A stretch of 64,000 nt of DNA. It comes from Cycas panzhihuaensis. Taxonomy: Eukaryota; Plantae; Cycadophyta. Where the stretch lies: assembly GCA_023213395.1 (NCBI GenBank), contig CM041465.1, positions 44,771,741 to 44,835,740 on the forward strand, written 5' to 3'. The position numbers were made by a program, and so were the translations under genes. Within the stretch, counting starts at the first letter, position 1. The number at the start of each line of letters is the position of its first letter. Below the pieces are notes generated by a model. The model saw only the letters and a list, made by a program, of their open reading frames with translations. It did no database searches and was not told the DNA's origin. Below, one piece after another: positions 37,262 through 51,429 of the stretch.

Positions 37262-40200
37262 GCACCTGATGGGGAAGACTATTACAATGAGGATGTGATG
37301 TACATGTTAGGATTGAAAAACTTGATCTCCATCAGTCAGATTGAAGACAATAACACGAGTGTTCTCTTCAAGGATAGAGAGGCTATTATCAACGATCATG
37401 AAGGGAAAACCATTGTAGAAGGCGTTAGAGTTGGTGGTCTTTATAAGCTCTTGGGTAAATTTGTAAACTGCAATGCACTGGCTTCTAATGTATCTTATAA
37501 AATTCAATTATACTACCTCTATCTTCATCTAATGCATAAACTAAATGTGGTGCATAGTCTTTTAAGCCTTAAGTTAGTGAACAACATCTATGAACCTTGT
37601 GTCATGGGAAAGCGACATAGGAAGACCTTTACAAAAGGCAAAGTTGGAGAGCAACTGAAAAGTTGAGCCTTGTTTACTCAAACATATGTGGTCTAATGCC
37701 AACCACTTCATTTGGAGGGGTAAGATATTTTTTGACCTTCATTGATAATTTTTTGAGGAAAGATTGGGTGTGTCCCATAAAGGGAAAATATCAGGCCTTC
37801 AACATTTTCAAGGAGTTCAAGGTAAAAGTGGATAATGAAAATGGTTGGAGGTTGAAAATCCTTTATATTAGATAATGGGAGAGAATACACTTCCAATGCC
37901 TTTGGACAATTTTATAAGGACCATGGAATCAAGAAGCAATTAACAACAACATACATACTATAGCAAAATGGTGTTGCTAAGAGAATTAATAGGACTTTGG
38001 TCGAAAAAGGCCAAGCCAATGATAAAAATAAAAAGTCTTTCAAAATCTTTTTGGACTAAAGTTGTATGTACCACATCATATCTGACCAACACGAGTTCAA
38101 TAAAGATTGTCTAAAACATGATGTTAGAAGAAGCATGGTTAAGGAGAATGGTTATAGTGGGCCATCTTAGAATCTTTGGAAGTACCACGTATATGCATGT
38201 TTTAAAGGAGAAATGCTAGAACTTTGATGACAAATGTCCAAGTATACCCTCGTAGGGTACAATGAAGAAAGCAAAGTGTATCGGGTAAATGAGTTGGCAA
38301 CTAAAAGGGTACACACAACTTGCGATATTATCTTCAAAGAAGTTGACAAGAAAGATACAGTCCAAGACTCGAACACTTTGAAGATATAGCAAGACAAAGG
38401 GAAGCAAATCGATAAACAACCAAATTCTAGTTCTCAAAGGCAAAGATTTGTCGAACCTAAAATTGAGTCAAAGTAAGAAGATGAAGTAGAAGGTGAGGAG
38501 GAGTATTATTAAGATGCTTAGGAGTCATAACTTGAAGTAGACCCTGAGGTCAATTCACTTACCAAGAAACCCCCCAAATGGTATTTGAAGATTATAGTAG
38601 AACCTGAATTCCTTGAGACTGAAGAGAAACACAAGTTCATGATGAGACTTGGTATAACCAATCTTGCTTTAATGGTATATGTGTTGAAAGCTAAGAAGCT
38701 TTCGAGTTTTGAGGAGGCATTTTAGGAGCACGAATGGAGAATAACAATGGATGCTGAAATTCAAGTTGTTAAATAAAATAAGACTTGGGACTTGGTTGAT
38801 TTATCAGCAAGTAAATGTGTGATTGGATGCAAGTGGGTCTATAGGACCAAGTTCAGATTTGATCGCTTAATTGATAAATACAAAGTTAGATTGATAGTAA
38901 AAGGATTCAAGTAAACAAAAGACATTTATTACTAGAAGACATTTGCTTCAGTAACAAAGTTGGTGATGATCAAACTAATACTGACAATGGTTGCTTAGTT
39001 CAAATGGCAAATACACTAGTTTGATGTCAAGAGTGCCTTCTTGAATGGAGATTTAGAGGAGGAGGTCTATATGGAGTAACTCCCTAGATATGTTGCAAAG
39101 GGCAAAGAACATCTTATATGTCACTTGAAAAAGGCCATGTATGACCTAAAACAAGCTTTAAGATCTTGGTATTTCAAGATCGATCAATATTTTTTAAATA
39201 ATGAGTTTGACAGGTTGTTAGCTAATCCAAACATGTATATAAAAGTTGAAGATGATCATCCAATCATTTTTGTGATTTTATATGTAGACGATCTTATGAT
39301 CATAGATGACAATATCTCAAAGGTTGAAGATTTAAAGAATGATCTTAAGAAAACATTTGAGATGACATATCTTGGATTACTTCACTACTTTTTGGGAGTG
39401 GAAGTTTAGTAAAAGCTTGAAAAAATCTTTATTTCATAAGTTAAGTATGTATGGAAAATTTTAAAGAAATTTAGAATGGAGGATTATAAACTTACCTTAA
39501 CTTCCATGGAGGTAGATTCAAAGTTGATAGCTCTAAATGATGGAGACTAGATAGTTGGTGGCTTGATCTATTTGATTATAACTAGGCTTGACATATCTTT
39601 TACAATTGATATGATACTGAGGTTCATGGCAAGGCTGAAATAGAGTTATTGGAAAATTATAAAGAGGATTTTTAGATATTTGTATGGGACACTATATTAT
39701 GGATTGGAGTTTAGCTAGAACAACAATTTTTGGCTAAAGGCATATTTAGATTTTGATTGGGTTGGATGTGTTGATAGAAAAAGGTCCATTTCATGGCATT
39801 GTTTTAATTTAGGTTATGTTGTTTTCACTTGGAGCAGTAAGAAGTAGCCAGATGTTGCATTGTCAACTATTGAAGGAGACTACAAAGTTGGTGTTGTAAC
39901 AATTTGTGAAGCCATTTGGTTGGGATGGGTCCTTGGTAATTTGGGACTTTATCAAGATGATGTAATTAGTTTGTACTATGACAATGAAAATACTTTGAAG
40001 ATTGTCAAGAATTCAATGCTTCATGTTCTCACTAAACACATTGAGGTACATTATCATTTCATCTAAGAGCAGATCTAGAGTGGAGAGATTGAGCTCTTAT
40101 ACAAGCCTGTTGAAGAGCAACTGATAGATATCTTCACTGAACCATGAACTAGAGACAAACTCAACATTCAAATTTTGTATTGGCATTAAAGCCAATGATG

Positions 40201-40445
40201 TAAACATTAAGGTGTATTAGAATTAATGTTTACATATGAGTTCAAATTAAGCTAATGGCGAGTCAAAGAATCTTTGATGACTCGTAAGGTTGGTGATAAC
40301 AAGTGTTAAAGCGATTATAGGTTAATTTTGGATCGTTACTGATTCCATTTTGTATACAAGAGTTTAGTTTTTTGTACAAATCATTGAATCATTTTGAATG
40401 AAGCAAAATTATTGGAAGGTCAACCAATTCTACTTGAATTACACA
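37262..40445 (+). mobile_element. Element F: 5'-truncated, highly decayed copia (integrase, RT, RNase H, 3' LTR ~40215-40445)
   Basis: KNLISISQ, RYFLTFIDNFLRK, LYVDDLMI, TKHIEVHYHFI; LTR matches solo LTR at 6633. Confidence 0.88.
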
Positions 40446-41327
40446 CGTTCTTTGCATTTTGATCTTGATTGTGTCATTCACATATACATTGTATACATAC
40501 ATCAAGATGATAGGTAAGAAAGAGAAATAGAGACAATGCACTCACTAGAGTTACAAGATAGAACATGAAAACCCATGAACACCCTTATGTCCTTCCCTTT
40601 GACAAAAATGTGTTTAGCTTATAAGAGGAGTCAGAACTTTCGAAAATGTTAAGAGTAAGCTACTCATAACTAAGATGATACCATGGCCTTAATTGGTGCA
40701 ATTTGGATGATAGGAACTTTGCAAACAAACATCTATACCTTCAAGATGTGTCTAAGCTTTGACTGCTACATATGTTCCATTCAAGCCCTTCATGCATGCA
40801 TGCAATTTGAAGTTTCACTTTACATTTGTGCTTGCTAAGTTGTTTGGTCTATATAGATGCCAAGTCTATGCCACCTGTATAAACATTAATTCAAACCATG
40901 TCCTTGTAGACTTGCAATTTTTTTCTTTTTTATAATTGGTGTATTTTATTTTAAATTAATTATGTTTATAGTTTATAACTCTGCATTTTGGTATCTTACT
41001 ATCTTAATATATTTCTCCTCATTGAATTAGTGTCTTAATTTCCCTTTTGGGAAGAGGTTATTCATCTCCTACTATTTTCTCATTCTCCATGAGATGCTTG
41101 TTGGTATTTTGCTATTGTCTTCTCCTTATCTTTGGAATGCTTTTCCTTGTTGTTCTCCTTATGTTTAACATTCTTGGTTGTACTTTCCTATTGCTAATTT
41201 GATATTTTTGGTTGTACTTTCTTCATGTTTCTCCCTATCTTTGGGATATTTTTCTCTATGCTAAGATGTTTTTTGCCGCCTCCTATTTCTCTTAATGTCT
41301 TTAGTGTAATGAACCAAAATGAGCATA

Positions 41328-41960
41328 GCATAATAAATTAATGGAATAAAAGAATTATTAGATGAATTAGGATTAAACAACATTAATTATGACTAATTAA
41401 TAATTAATTAGCTAATGAAGAGTTATGTCTGGTAGCTCGAGAGGGGAGGGGGTTGAGGTGTAGGGATAAGGGGAACATCGGGTCAATCTAGATTGTAAAT
41501 AGAATTAATCCTATTGCATCAAATATCAATTTTAAGAAGTTAATCAATAGTCTTTGAACACCTTCATGTATTGGAGAGGAAGCCTTCTTGAATAGGCTAT
41601 GCACCTATTTATTATTATTCACATTGCAAAGTACTTTAGCTTAAACCAAATGGGGTATGTAATAAACATAATTGAGCTTATTATAATAAATTGATGAAAT
41701 AAAATTAGTATTGAATGAATTAGAATTAAATAGAATTAATTATGGGCAAGTGGTAATCATTTAGATAATGAAGAGTTATCTTTAGCGAGTAGGGGGTAGG
41801 AATATAGATCAAACTAGATTGTAAAAGAGTTAAATTTTGTTGCATCAAATATCATTGTTTGAAAATTAATCAATTGTTTTTGTGCATGGACACTTTGTGT
41901 ATTGGAAGAGTAGCCTTCTCAAATAGGCTGTGCACAAATATATAATATTATTATTATTTC
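41328..41960. repeat. Diverged ~350-bp tandem duplication
   Basis: Paired blocks TAATGAAGAGTTAT, CTAGATTGTAAA, TTGCATCAAATATCA, AGCCTTCT..AATAGGCTRTGCAC. Confidence 0.8.
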
Positions 41961-42299
41961 CATAATGGACTACAATTCACACCAAGTTGTATCAAAGCTA
42001 CAATTCAGATATTCTAGGCTAATTTTTAGACCTATGTTGGTTGAATTTGGCACTTTCAATTGTACAATTGGGTTGACCAAAAATGTGCCACGTTTTTCAA
42101 GTTATTATACTATATATTTTGTTTTAATGGTCTTAGAGATGTTCACTATTCAAAGTCAACCTTTTGTAAAGATTTTGGCTAACACTTACTAAAAATTTAT
42201 AGGAAATTAACTCAATTTATAAAGTTTTCATATTTGAAGTTTTTTATATTGTAGCCATCATTAATAAGACTATGGGTATTATGAAATGCACCACCCCAC

Positions 42300-45200
42300 A
42301 TGGTACACATTGAATGTTTCATTGCCCATTTATTTCCTTGTGTTTTATTTTATGATATGATGCCATCATCATTCTTTCCTATAAAATGGAAGCTTAATAA
42401 AATGCCCTATTGATTTAGATCTATGGATTGATAGGCTTTATGCCTAATTTGGTGACATGTATGGGTATTTATAGCATTATGCCCTTTTGAGGTTTATTCT
42501 TAAGTCATGGCATCTATGGTAATTAACAATCAACCACAAAGACAATGAGTGCTCGGTCGATCAAAGAGGGTCAGTCTCTAAGACCAAATCTTGATAAAAG
42601 AGTCCAAAGATGAATAATTGATAAATAAATTGATGATGAACAATATACAATTGCCCAATGTATTTATGCATACTTAGTGGCTTTTCATGAAGAGGTATGA
42701 CCCGTTGACATATCCTTCTATAAATTCTTATTACATAATAATAATTATTTTTTTGATTTTTGTGTTACTTAACAATACTCCCCTCAAAATGCTTTGCCCT
42801 CAAAGTAGCTTCAAGGCTAGATCATATTAGCAAAATTTGTTAGATTCTCAAGAAGCATCTTTTAGTGGTAAATTTTTTTGTTTAACTAATTATTCTGTGA
42901 TCTATCTTGAACGTAAATTTTTTATATGTAAATCTAAAATTGTTTTTGGTATTAGAATTAGTTTTCCTTCTTTATATGTTTTTGGTATCTCAGTTTGTTG
43001 TGGTATTTTATCACCTATCTTTTGATTAAGGTAAAACACATGGAAAAGGTCGTGAATCCTCTCTTTGTTGGGTAAAATCAATGCATAAGTAACATCACCA
43101 ATTTTTTGCTAAATCTGATAAGGTTCATAGAATTTAGGGGCTAATTTCCTTTGAACTGAATTCTTAAGGGATGTTTGTTTGTAAGGTTGAAGTTTAACAT
43201 AAACCCAATCTCCTATTTGAAATTCCCTTTTGGATTGATGTCAATCTTCTTGGATTTTCATTTTTATATGGACTAATTTCAATTGCTCCTTAAGGTTTTG
43301 TATGATTTTATGTGATTGTTGTAAGAAATCTTGTATAACTAGAATGTTATTGTAAAGTGAAATTCTTATAAAAATGGAGGATTGTACCCATATAATGTCA
43401 TAAAAGGAGTCATTCTAAAGGAAATATGGAATGTTGTGTTATACCACCATTTGGTTAAATGAAGCCATCAATACCATTGGCTAGGTGTTTTCAAGACAAC
43501 TTTGCAAAGGTCCTAAACATTTATTGATTGTCTTTGATTGGCCATCCATTTGTTGGTGATATGCTGCACTCATTGTCAAGTTCGTATCTACTTGTTTAAA
43601 CAATTGTTTTTAGAAATTACTCATGAATTTTAGATCATGACTGATGATAGCCTTTAGAAATCCATGAAGTTGAAAATAGATTTCATGAAAATACTTACAT
43701 TTTGTCACACGTTGACGGTTGATTTAATTCCCATAAAATGAGCATATATAGTTAATTTATCGATGACCACAAAAATATTGCCTTGCACTTCTAATTTTGG
43801 AAGTCCAATTATAAAATTCATAGATATTTCATTCTATTTTTTATTTGGTATATGCAAAGGTTGTTAAAGGCTAGGAGTATCTACAATTTCATTTTTGTGA
43901 GCTTGACATGTGTCACATTTTGCTACAAATTGTTGGGTATCTATTTTCAATCCCTTCAAGTAGAACAATTGGTGTGTTTTAAGATAGGTTTTAAAAAATC
44001 TTGTATGACTGGTTGTGGGAATTGAGTGACTTTCTTTGAGAAATATTTTTTTGAATTTAGATAAATATGGCCCTTGTGCCAGAGGGTATCATTCCTCCAC
44101 TCATATTTATTGTCAAGATGCAATGTTCCCTCTTGTAGTTTTGCTATGATATCTTGAGTTTCCTTACTTTGAGCATATTCAACTTGGACATCGTTAATTT
44201 AGGATGGAATGATTATGGTAGTGGAACATAATGTGGGGTCTTTGTTTTATCTAAATGGTGCATCAACCATCATGTTTTCCTTCTCCTTTTTGTAAAGGAT
44301 CTTGAAGTCAAATGCCTGGGTTTTGCTAACCCAATTTTCTTGTAGAATTTTTTGATGTAGGAAATATTTTAAGTTGTTGTGATCCATTTGGATTAAGAAT
44401 TTACTTCCTAATACGTATTACCTCCATTTTACGAGTGCATACATTAATGCTAGCATTTCCTTATTACACATGGATGTCAAATTTTTCTATTGACTTAAAC
44501 TTCATACTTTCGAAAGTGATTAGGTGATTTTCTCGCATGAAAATTGCTCCTATTCTTATTTCGAACACATCACATTCTAGAGTGAAAGGTTTTGAGAAAT
44601 CTGGCATGCTTATTACTGGCATAATTGACATGTATTGTTTTAGGTTTTCAAAGTTTTGTTGTGCCTCTTTGTCCCATATAAATAAATATTTTTTAATATA
44701 TTAGTTAAGGGCGCTGTAATGTGAGCGTAGTTTCTTATGAACCTTCTATAATAGTCTGCCAGTCTTAGGAATCCTTATAATTTGATTACATTTTTAGGGT
44801 TTGGCCAATCTAGAATCACTTTGATTTTCTTGACTCCCTTTGTAGATATAATATGTCCTATATATTTTACCTCATTTTTGAAACATATATTTAGATTTCT
44901 TTGCATAAAACTCATTTTCTCTTAAAAACTTTAAAACTTTATCATGTAACATGTGCTTGCTCCAATTAGTGCTATATACCAAAATGCCATAAAAATGATG
45001 AGAACAAATTTTCTTAACCATGGATGAAAGGTCTTGTTCGTGACTGCTTGGGATGTTACCAGAGTATTAGTCAGGTTGAAGGGTATGACATTAAATTCAT
45101 AGTGGTGAATATGGATATAAAAAGTAGTTTTTGTAATGTTTTCAATATGAGTACGCATTTGATAGTACCTAGAATAAATTGAGTTTAGTGAAATATTTAG

Positions 45201-47676
45201 CTCATGTAACTTGTTTAGAAGCTCATTAATTTTTAGAATAGGAAAACTGTTCTTAATAGATATTTTTTTCAATATATGAAAATTCACACACATGCGAAAA
45301 GAATTATCATTTTTTCTTGTTAGAACTATGGGGGTTGTGTATGGGGCCATACTAGGAGAAATAGCCCGAATTTTTAACAAATCGTAGACAATCCTTTCTA
45401 TTTCATTCTTGTGGTGGTAAGGATCTTAGCATGGTCTAATATTGATTGATTTTAATCCCTCTCGAAGTTTAATCATGTTACATCCCTAATTTCCCTCTTA
45501 TCTTGACCAATTATAGTCTGTCTTCTAACCGACTTCATTTATGATTCATTCTAGGGAATTGTCCCAGTTCTGGTCAACTTCCTTTAGAAGGATGAATACC
45601 TCTATATATAAGGGTTGAAGTCCCTATTCTAAACCCTCATTCACGACTTGTTCTTCTTGGCATTAACTCGACTTTAGGGTTATAGTTAACTCGCCCTTTG
45701 GGTTGCATTTTTTGGCAGTAACCTCATCTCGAAGAGGGTTAGTCATCTTAGACATTATATTGGGTGAGTTAGATATATTAAGGTATGTATTGACTAGCCA
45801 TGTGGATTGCATTTCTCGTCAACTCAGCTGGTGTATTTACTATTATTAGCACTTCAATATTATACTTTTGATTATCATATGTAACTGTTAGTAAACTCTT
45901 CATAGAAATTTGGGATAGTATCAGTGATAAAGGAAGTTGGATCTCTACGAGGGTAATGGTCTACTTGGTGGGTGACCCTCTCCATTAACATCTCAAGGTT
46001 TTGGTGTAATAGTTTATTACAAGTGGTATTAAAGCCAAGATCTAGGTTTGAATCTCGTGGGGGCAACATCGCTTATGGGGGTGATAGGGTGACGTGCCAA
46101 ATGTCATTGATGCACAAAACACCATCATAGCTGAGGCTTGTAGGGCATATGAATATAGATGAAAGTGGGGCTATCTCTTTCAACCTGGAAGGAGGTAATG
46201 GTCTACTTAATGGGGGACTATCTACTAACACCTCAAGGTTTTGGTGTAACAGTTCGTTATAAATCATGTGTTCAATACTATGATAAGGAGACAATCTTAT
46301 TAAAAAATCCCTAAATACTTTCAAGTGTTTTTGTATATATTTTTTTGTTTATCATGCATTGTTGAATCATTTTTAATTTCTACTTCAAGAGAGAAATATA
46401 TAACAACAAAACCCAGACATCCCTTTTTAATGGTTTCTCCATTTTGTGAAATGATACAAACTAGGTTTCATTTGGAGTGAATCCTTGTAGTGTGTGAATT
46501 TTACCCTTTGATTTGAATCTCATGAATAACTTACCTAGGTTTAATGCAATAGTCTCTAGTGCTTGCAACCATTAAGAGCCTAATATGACATCCACACTGC
46601 CTATTAGGATTACATACACTTGTGATTTAAGAGAATATTCTTCCAATGTTAATTCTACTTTCAACACATTCCTCCACATTTAATGGGTTCCTCATTGGTA
46701 ATCGTTACTTGGAATTGATTTATAGGGTAGATGTATTCTTTGAATCTTTTGGCTATCGATAAAATTTTGTGTACTAATAGAGTCAATAAGTACTATCATC
46801 CTTTCCTTTTTAATGTAATCACTAATTTTAAGGGTTTGAGGCATTGTAATTCCTATAATTGTTACTAAGGATATTTTAGCTAGGTATTCTATTATTTTAG
46901 CTTCTAATTCAACCTAATTGAATCCTCCTCCTACTTCAACTTCTTTTGATTCTAGTTCCTTGTCTAGTTTAGGGTCATTTTCTTGCTCTTTCACTAGTGC
47001 TGAGAATAATTTCCTCGACAACAATTGCCCCTTCTCCACTTTTGGCCACAAAAGGAACAAAGTTCTTGTGCCCTAAGCTCAACCATATCTTTCCTTAACT
47101 TGTAAGGATCTATACTTGTTTTTTCTCAATTTATAAGAGTGGATGGTGTTGCAGGATTTCTACTAACTTGATTTGGGTTAGATTTGACATCTAACCCCAT
47201 TTTATCTATTGGAGTAATGTATTTCTTAACATACCAATCAATACAATTATTATTAAGTCGCTTATTTCTCTATGATATTATTTGTGCTAGATTTTTGACC
47301 TTTTGGATAACTTTCTAAATGTTTTTGGGAGTGTGCAATTTTAATTCTTCTCTCAAATCCTCCTTAAGTCCACCTATTTATATCTTTAATAGCCAATTTT
47401 TTGGCATATTATTAACTTGAGTTGTTAAGGACTGGAATCTATTAGTATATTCTTCTACCTATTTTGTTTGTCAGATTCGACTCAATTGAGTGAAATAGTC
47501 CTGATTCGACATATTTTCATATTGTTTAAAAAAAAATCCGAGATGAATGTTTGCCAACTGATTGTTACATTGTGTCTCATGGCACCACCATAAAAACCAC
47601 TCATATCCACTTCTCTCCAAGTGTAATGAGACAAATGTTATTTTTTCTATCATTTTGGGGACTAATTTTGAAGTAG
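42300..47676 (-). mobile_element. Element G: old decayed chromovirus gypsy related to A; 3' LTR bounded at 42774 (outer end uncertain); gag cut by J
   Basis: PPT rc 42775-42785; chromodomain, integrase, RH, RT (FRMCVNF, HYEFNVIPF), PR and gag (SLHLERSGYEWF) remnants on minus strand. Confidence 0.85.
45476..46261 (+). mobile_element. TRIM-like miniature LTR element inserted in G
   Basis: TSD AATCA at 45471-45475 and 46262-46266; LTR 45476-46021; PBS TGGTATTAAAGC 46024-46035; very short interior with G-run; partial 3' LTR repeating the last ~80 bp; host SIEHMIKLREG rejoins. Confidence 0.82.
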
Positions 47677-49024
47677 TGTTACATTCTTAATGAAGCAATT
47701 AATTTTCTTAAAGAAATCAATATTTTTAGAAGGATAGTCATTATATTCCCAATTTAAAGAAGTCAATGTTTTTAGAGAGAATTAAAAGTTGGTTTTCAAG
47801 AGAGAAAGTAAAGCTATAAATAGAGTAGCCTTATTCATTTGTAGGCATCTTTGAGAATTTAATATTTGATATGGCACTAATGGCCTATGTTGTAGTAAGG
47901 CATAAAATGAAGACAATAATTGATAGGATTAACCATGAAAACCTTAGAAATTGATTCTGAAAATTTTGATTTAATCTCTATTCAACAAAGTCTCACATTA
48001 TAATCAACTCAATAATCTTTACTTCTTAGTCCTTCATTTTCATAAATCACCCATACATACTATATACAATAACAAATAGAATAATAATCCTAACTAATTT
48101 GATAGATGTGAGGTGAGAGTCATAACCCCCATTGACTTATTACTTCATAAACATAAAATAATTTTAAACTAATATAATACAAAAATTAAAGGGGAGATTC
48201 ATAACTTAAAGTTATGAATGATAAAATAAACAATAATATTTAACACTCTCCCTTAATATTTATTTCATTTCTCTTGACACCTAAACCATCATTGAGAGTC
48301 TAAAATCTGCCACATGTTAGAGGTTTGTTGAAGATATTAACCAAGTGTTCTTTTGTAGACTTGTACACCATTTCTATCACACATTTCTTAATCAACTTCT
48401 AAATAAAGTGATGGTGCACCTCTTTATGTTTGGTACAAGTGTGGAAAGCAGGATTTTTGGCAATCTTCAAAGTATTCTGATTATCATAGTATAAGATGGT
48501 TGGTTCTGATTGTTGTAGTTCCAAGTCCTCTAGAATTTGATATAATCAAATGACTTATGTAGTTGTTGTAATTGCAACCTTGTACTATGCTTCAATAGAG
48601 GATAAAACAACACTTAATGATTTTTTGTGCTCCATGTGACAATAATTGAACCCATGCTAAAAAATACCCAAAAGTTGATTTCTTACTATCTGCACAACCA
48701 ACCTATTCAAATTCTGTGAATCCTATCAACTTAAAATTATTATTATGTTAGAATCTAAGTCCATAGTGAATACTAGAGGATCTTTTTTTGTAGCTTTCTA
48801 GTGACCCTATTTTGGTACTGCTATAAACTTGGATATTATTCCAAATGCATAAGATATGCTAGGTCTGGTAATGATTAGGTATATTAGACTTTCCACTAGT
48901 TGTCTGTACAATGTAGCATCAATATTTGTTCCACCATTTTCTGCTATTAGTCTGGAACCTATCTCCATGGGAGTAGTCATAGACTTACAATTTTCTATTT
49001 AGAAATTTTCACGCATACTTTACC

Positions 49025-49595
49025 TGTAGCGATTTAGTTCTACTTTTATAACAATTTTCCTTAAAATATAGGTACTAATCCATAAAAGACAATAACTAGA
49101 TGCTATTCAATAGTAAAATGAATAGGGAATAAGAATTACAAAATCCACCAAAGTAAATAATAGTCTTTATTGTCAAATAGATCGAAATTTCAACAAAGTC
49201 CCTGTCTTTTCTGAAGAAGTGAGCTTCCCTCTTCGAGGCGAGAAACCCTCCAAACTGCATCCCCCAAATGGGCGAGCTAATTGCAGCCCTAGAATAAAAA
49301 ATGCGCGACCAAAGAACCTCCGACTATGGTTTGGGATGCGGCCCAAACTTCCTATTTATAGCGATCGAAATACTTTAATTAGAAGTTAGCCAGACTGGGT
49401 AATATTCTTCTTAAAACTGCTCAAATAGAAGTCGGCCAGAACTTCTCCAAAAACTAGCAAGCTAGCTTTAAATGGCCATAACTTTTAATTAAGATGTCGG
49501 AATTGACTTTCATCTAAACCATTGGAATCATTGTTTAGAGGCCTTCGATTTGAATGGTAATAAGCTCTATTTTGACCATATTTTGGAATGCTACA
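49025..49595 (-). repeat. Solo LTR related to element A, inserted in H RT
   Basis: TGTAGC...GCTACA termini; TSD TTACC; rc similarity to the 3' two-thirds of the A LTR; host FISRVKYA rejoins. Confidence 0.92.
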
Positions 49596-50816
49596 TTACC
49601 CGTGAGATGAAGATATATTCAAGCCTTTGCCATCTTTCCACTCCAAGGAAATAACATAAAATTTTTAGATAAATCATTTGAAAGTAATGACTAAGATTTG
49701 CCTTCAAGCATGATATCATATTGATATTACTACCTGTGATTGGTAGATCATCAACATACAATACTACAAATACGATTTTATCATTATCTACTTTGATGTA
49801 TAAGTCAACTAGAGATCGCTCAAACTTACTTTTTGAAAAGTACTAATCAATTTTTTCATACCGGGGTCTAGGAGCCTGTTTTAGACTATACAAGGCCTTT
49901 TTAAGTCAGCATACCAAGTGCTTGTAGCATTTTTCAATAAGTCAAGTGGCTACTCCATGTAGACTTCTTTGCTTAACTCTTGATTTAGAAATACACTTTT
50001 CACATTTATCTAGTGTAGTTATCAATTGAGTTATGTAACTATAACTATAATGAGTTGAATGGTATTCATCTTTGCAACAAGAGTGAATGTCTCTTGGTAG
50101 TCGATCACTTCTTGTTGCTTGAAGCATTTCACAACAAGTTGTGCTTTGTACATATCTATAAATTCATCAGGTTTAAACTTGATTCTATAGATCCATTTGT
50201 ATTTAATTGCTTACTTGCTAGTAGACAATTTTACCAAATCCCATGTATGGTTTTTTTTAATTGCTTGGATTTTATTTTCTATAGTGTCATACCATTTCTT
50301 CTCTTTGAATGCTTCTTTGACTATAGGTGGTTTATCTACATTTATTACAGTTGCCATAAGTGCCATGTTTACATGTTTAGAGGGTTACAATTTTGACTTT
50401 TACTTTCCCTCAAATCAGTGTAGTATTTGTTCAATGTCCTCCATAGTTTTTAAATACCATTTTAGAAGTTTATTCTTCGATGATGAATGTGAATGCTTTA
50501 TATCTGACAACTTCTTTGGCTTAGATATCAGCTTTGACTTTGTCTTTGGCTTGAATTTTATTTTCAGAAATTGGAAGGATTTCATACTCTAGCTGGCCAA
50601 TATCATGTAAAGAACTGCATTCAGGTAGCTCCTTAACCTAGTCCTCAACATAAGATAAATTAATATACAGAGTCTCATCTTCCTAAAAGATCATATAACA
50701 AGTTATGTGACTTTTTCAAGTGGATGGCTCGTATACCCTGTAAGCTTTGCTTTCCTTAGAATATCCAATAAGGATGCATTTTGTGCTTTTGTTATCCATT
50801 TTTCAATGTTTCTCCT

Positions 50817-50855
50817 TATATATATATATATATATGTGTGTGTGCTTGTGTGTGT
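50817..50855. repeat. Compound (TA)n(TG)n microsatellite within H integrase
   Basis: Direct reading. Confidence 0.95.
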
Positions 50856-51429
50856 TCTACAACAACAAATTATGAGATGACTAATAATTGGTTTTCTACT
50901 TGACCAAGCTTCTTTAGATGTTATATTTCTAACAACCTTGGTAGTGCTTCTATTTGTCGGATATGCAACTGTATTAACAACTTTTGCCTATAAGTAATCT
51001 ATTAAATCCTTGTCTCACATCATGGCTTTGGCTTTTTTAATCAATGTTCTATTCATCTGCTTAGCAACTCTATTTTACTGAGGTGTATAGGTAGTAGCAA
51101 ACAACCTCTTGATTCCATGATCCTTGCAAAACTATATAAATTCATTTGAGGTTTATTCTCTACCATTTTTAATTCATAAGACCTTGATTTTTAATCCACT
51201 TTAATTTTCCACCAATTCCTTGGACTGTTTGAAGTAAGTGAAGGCTTGTGATTTTTTCCTCAATGGTACAATCCAAACTTTCTGTGAAAAGTCATCAATG
51301 AAAGTGATGAAATATCTCACTTCTAGCGAGATAACATGCATTCGTCCACAAATGTTTGATTGAATCAATCCTAACTTCTTTTTTGCTTTCCACACATTCC
51401 TTTTAGAAAATGGATCTTTGTGTTGTTTT

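Noticed and set aside
40460-40900. Possible old solo LTR with CATG repeats resembling B LTR
   Set aside because: Termini and TSD could not be defined
50055-50592. Plus-strand ORFs of 113 and 131 aa
   Set aside because: Antisense shadows of H pol, like many other ORF-track entries opposite gag-pol
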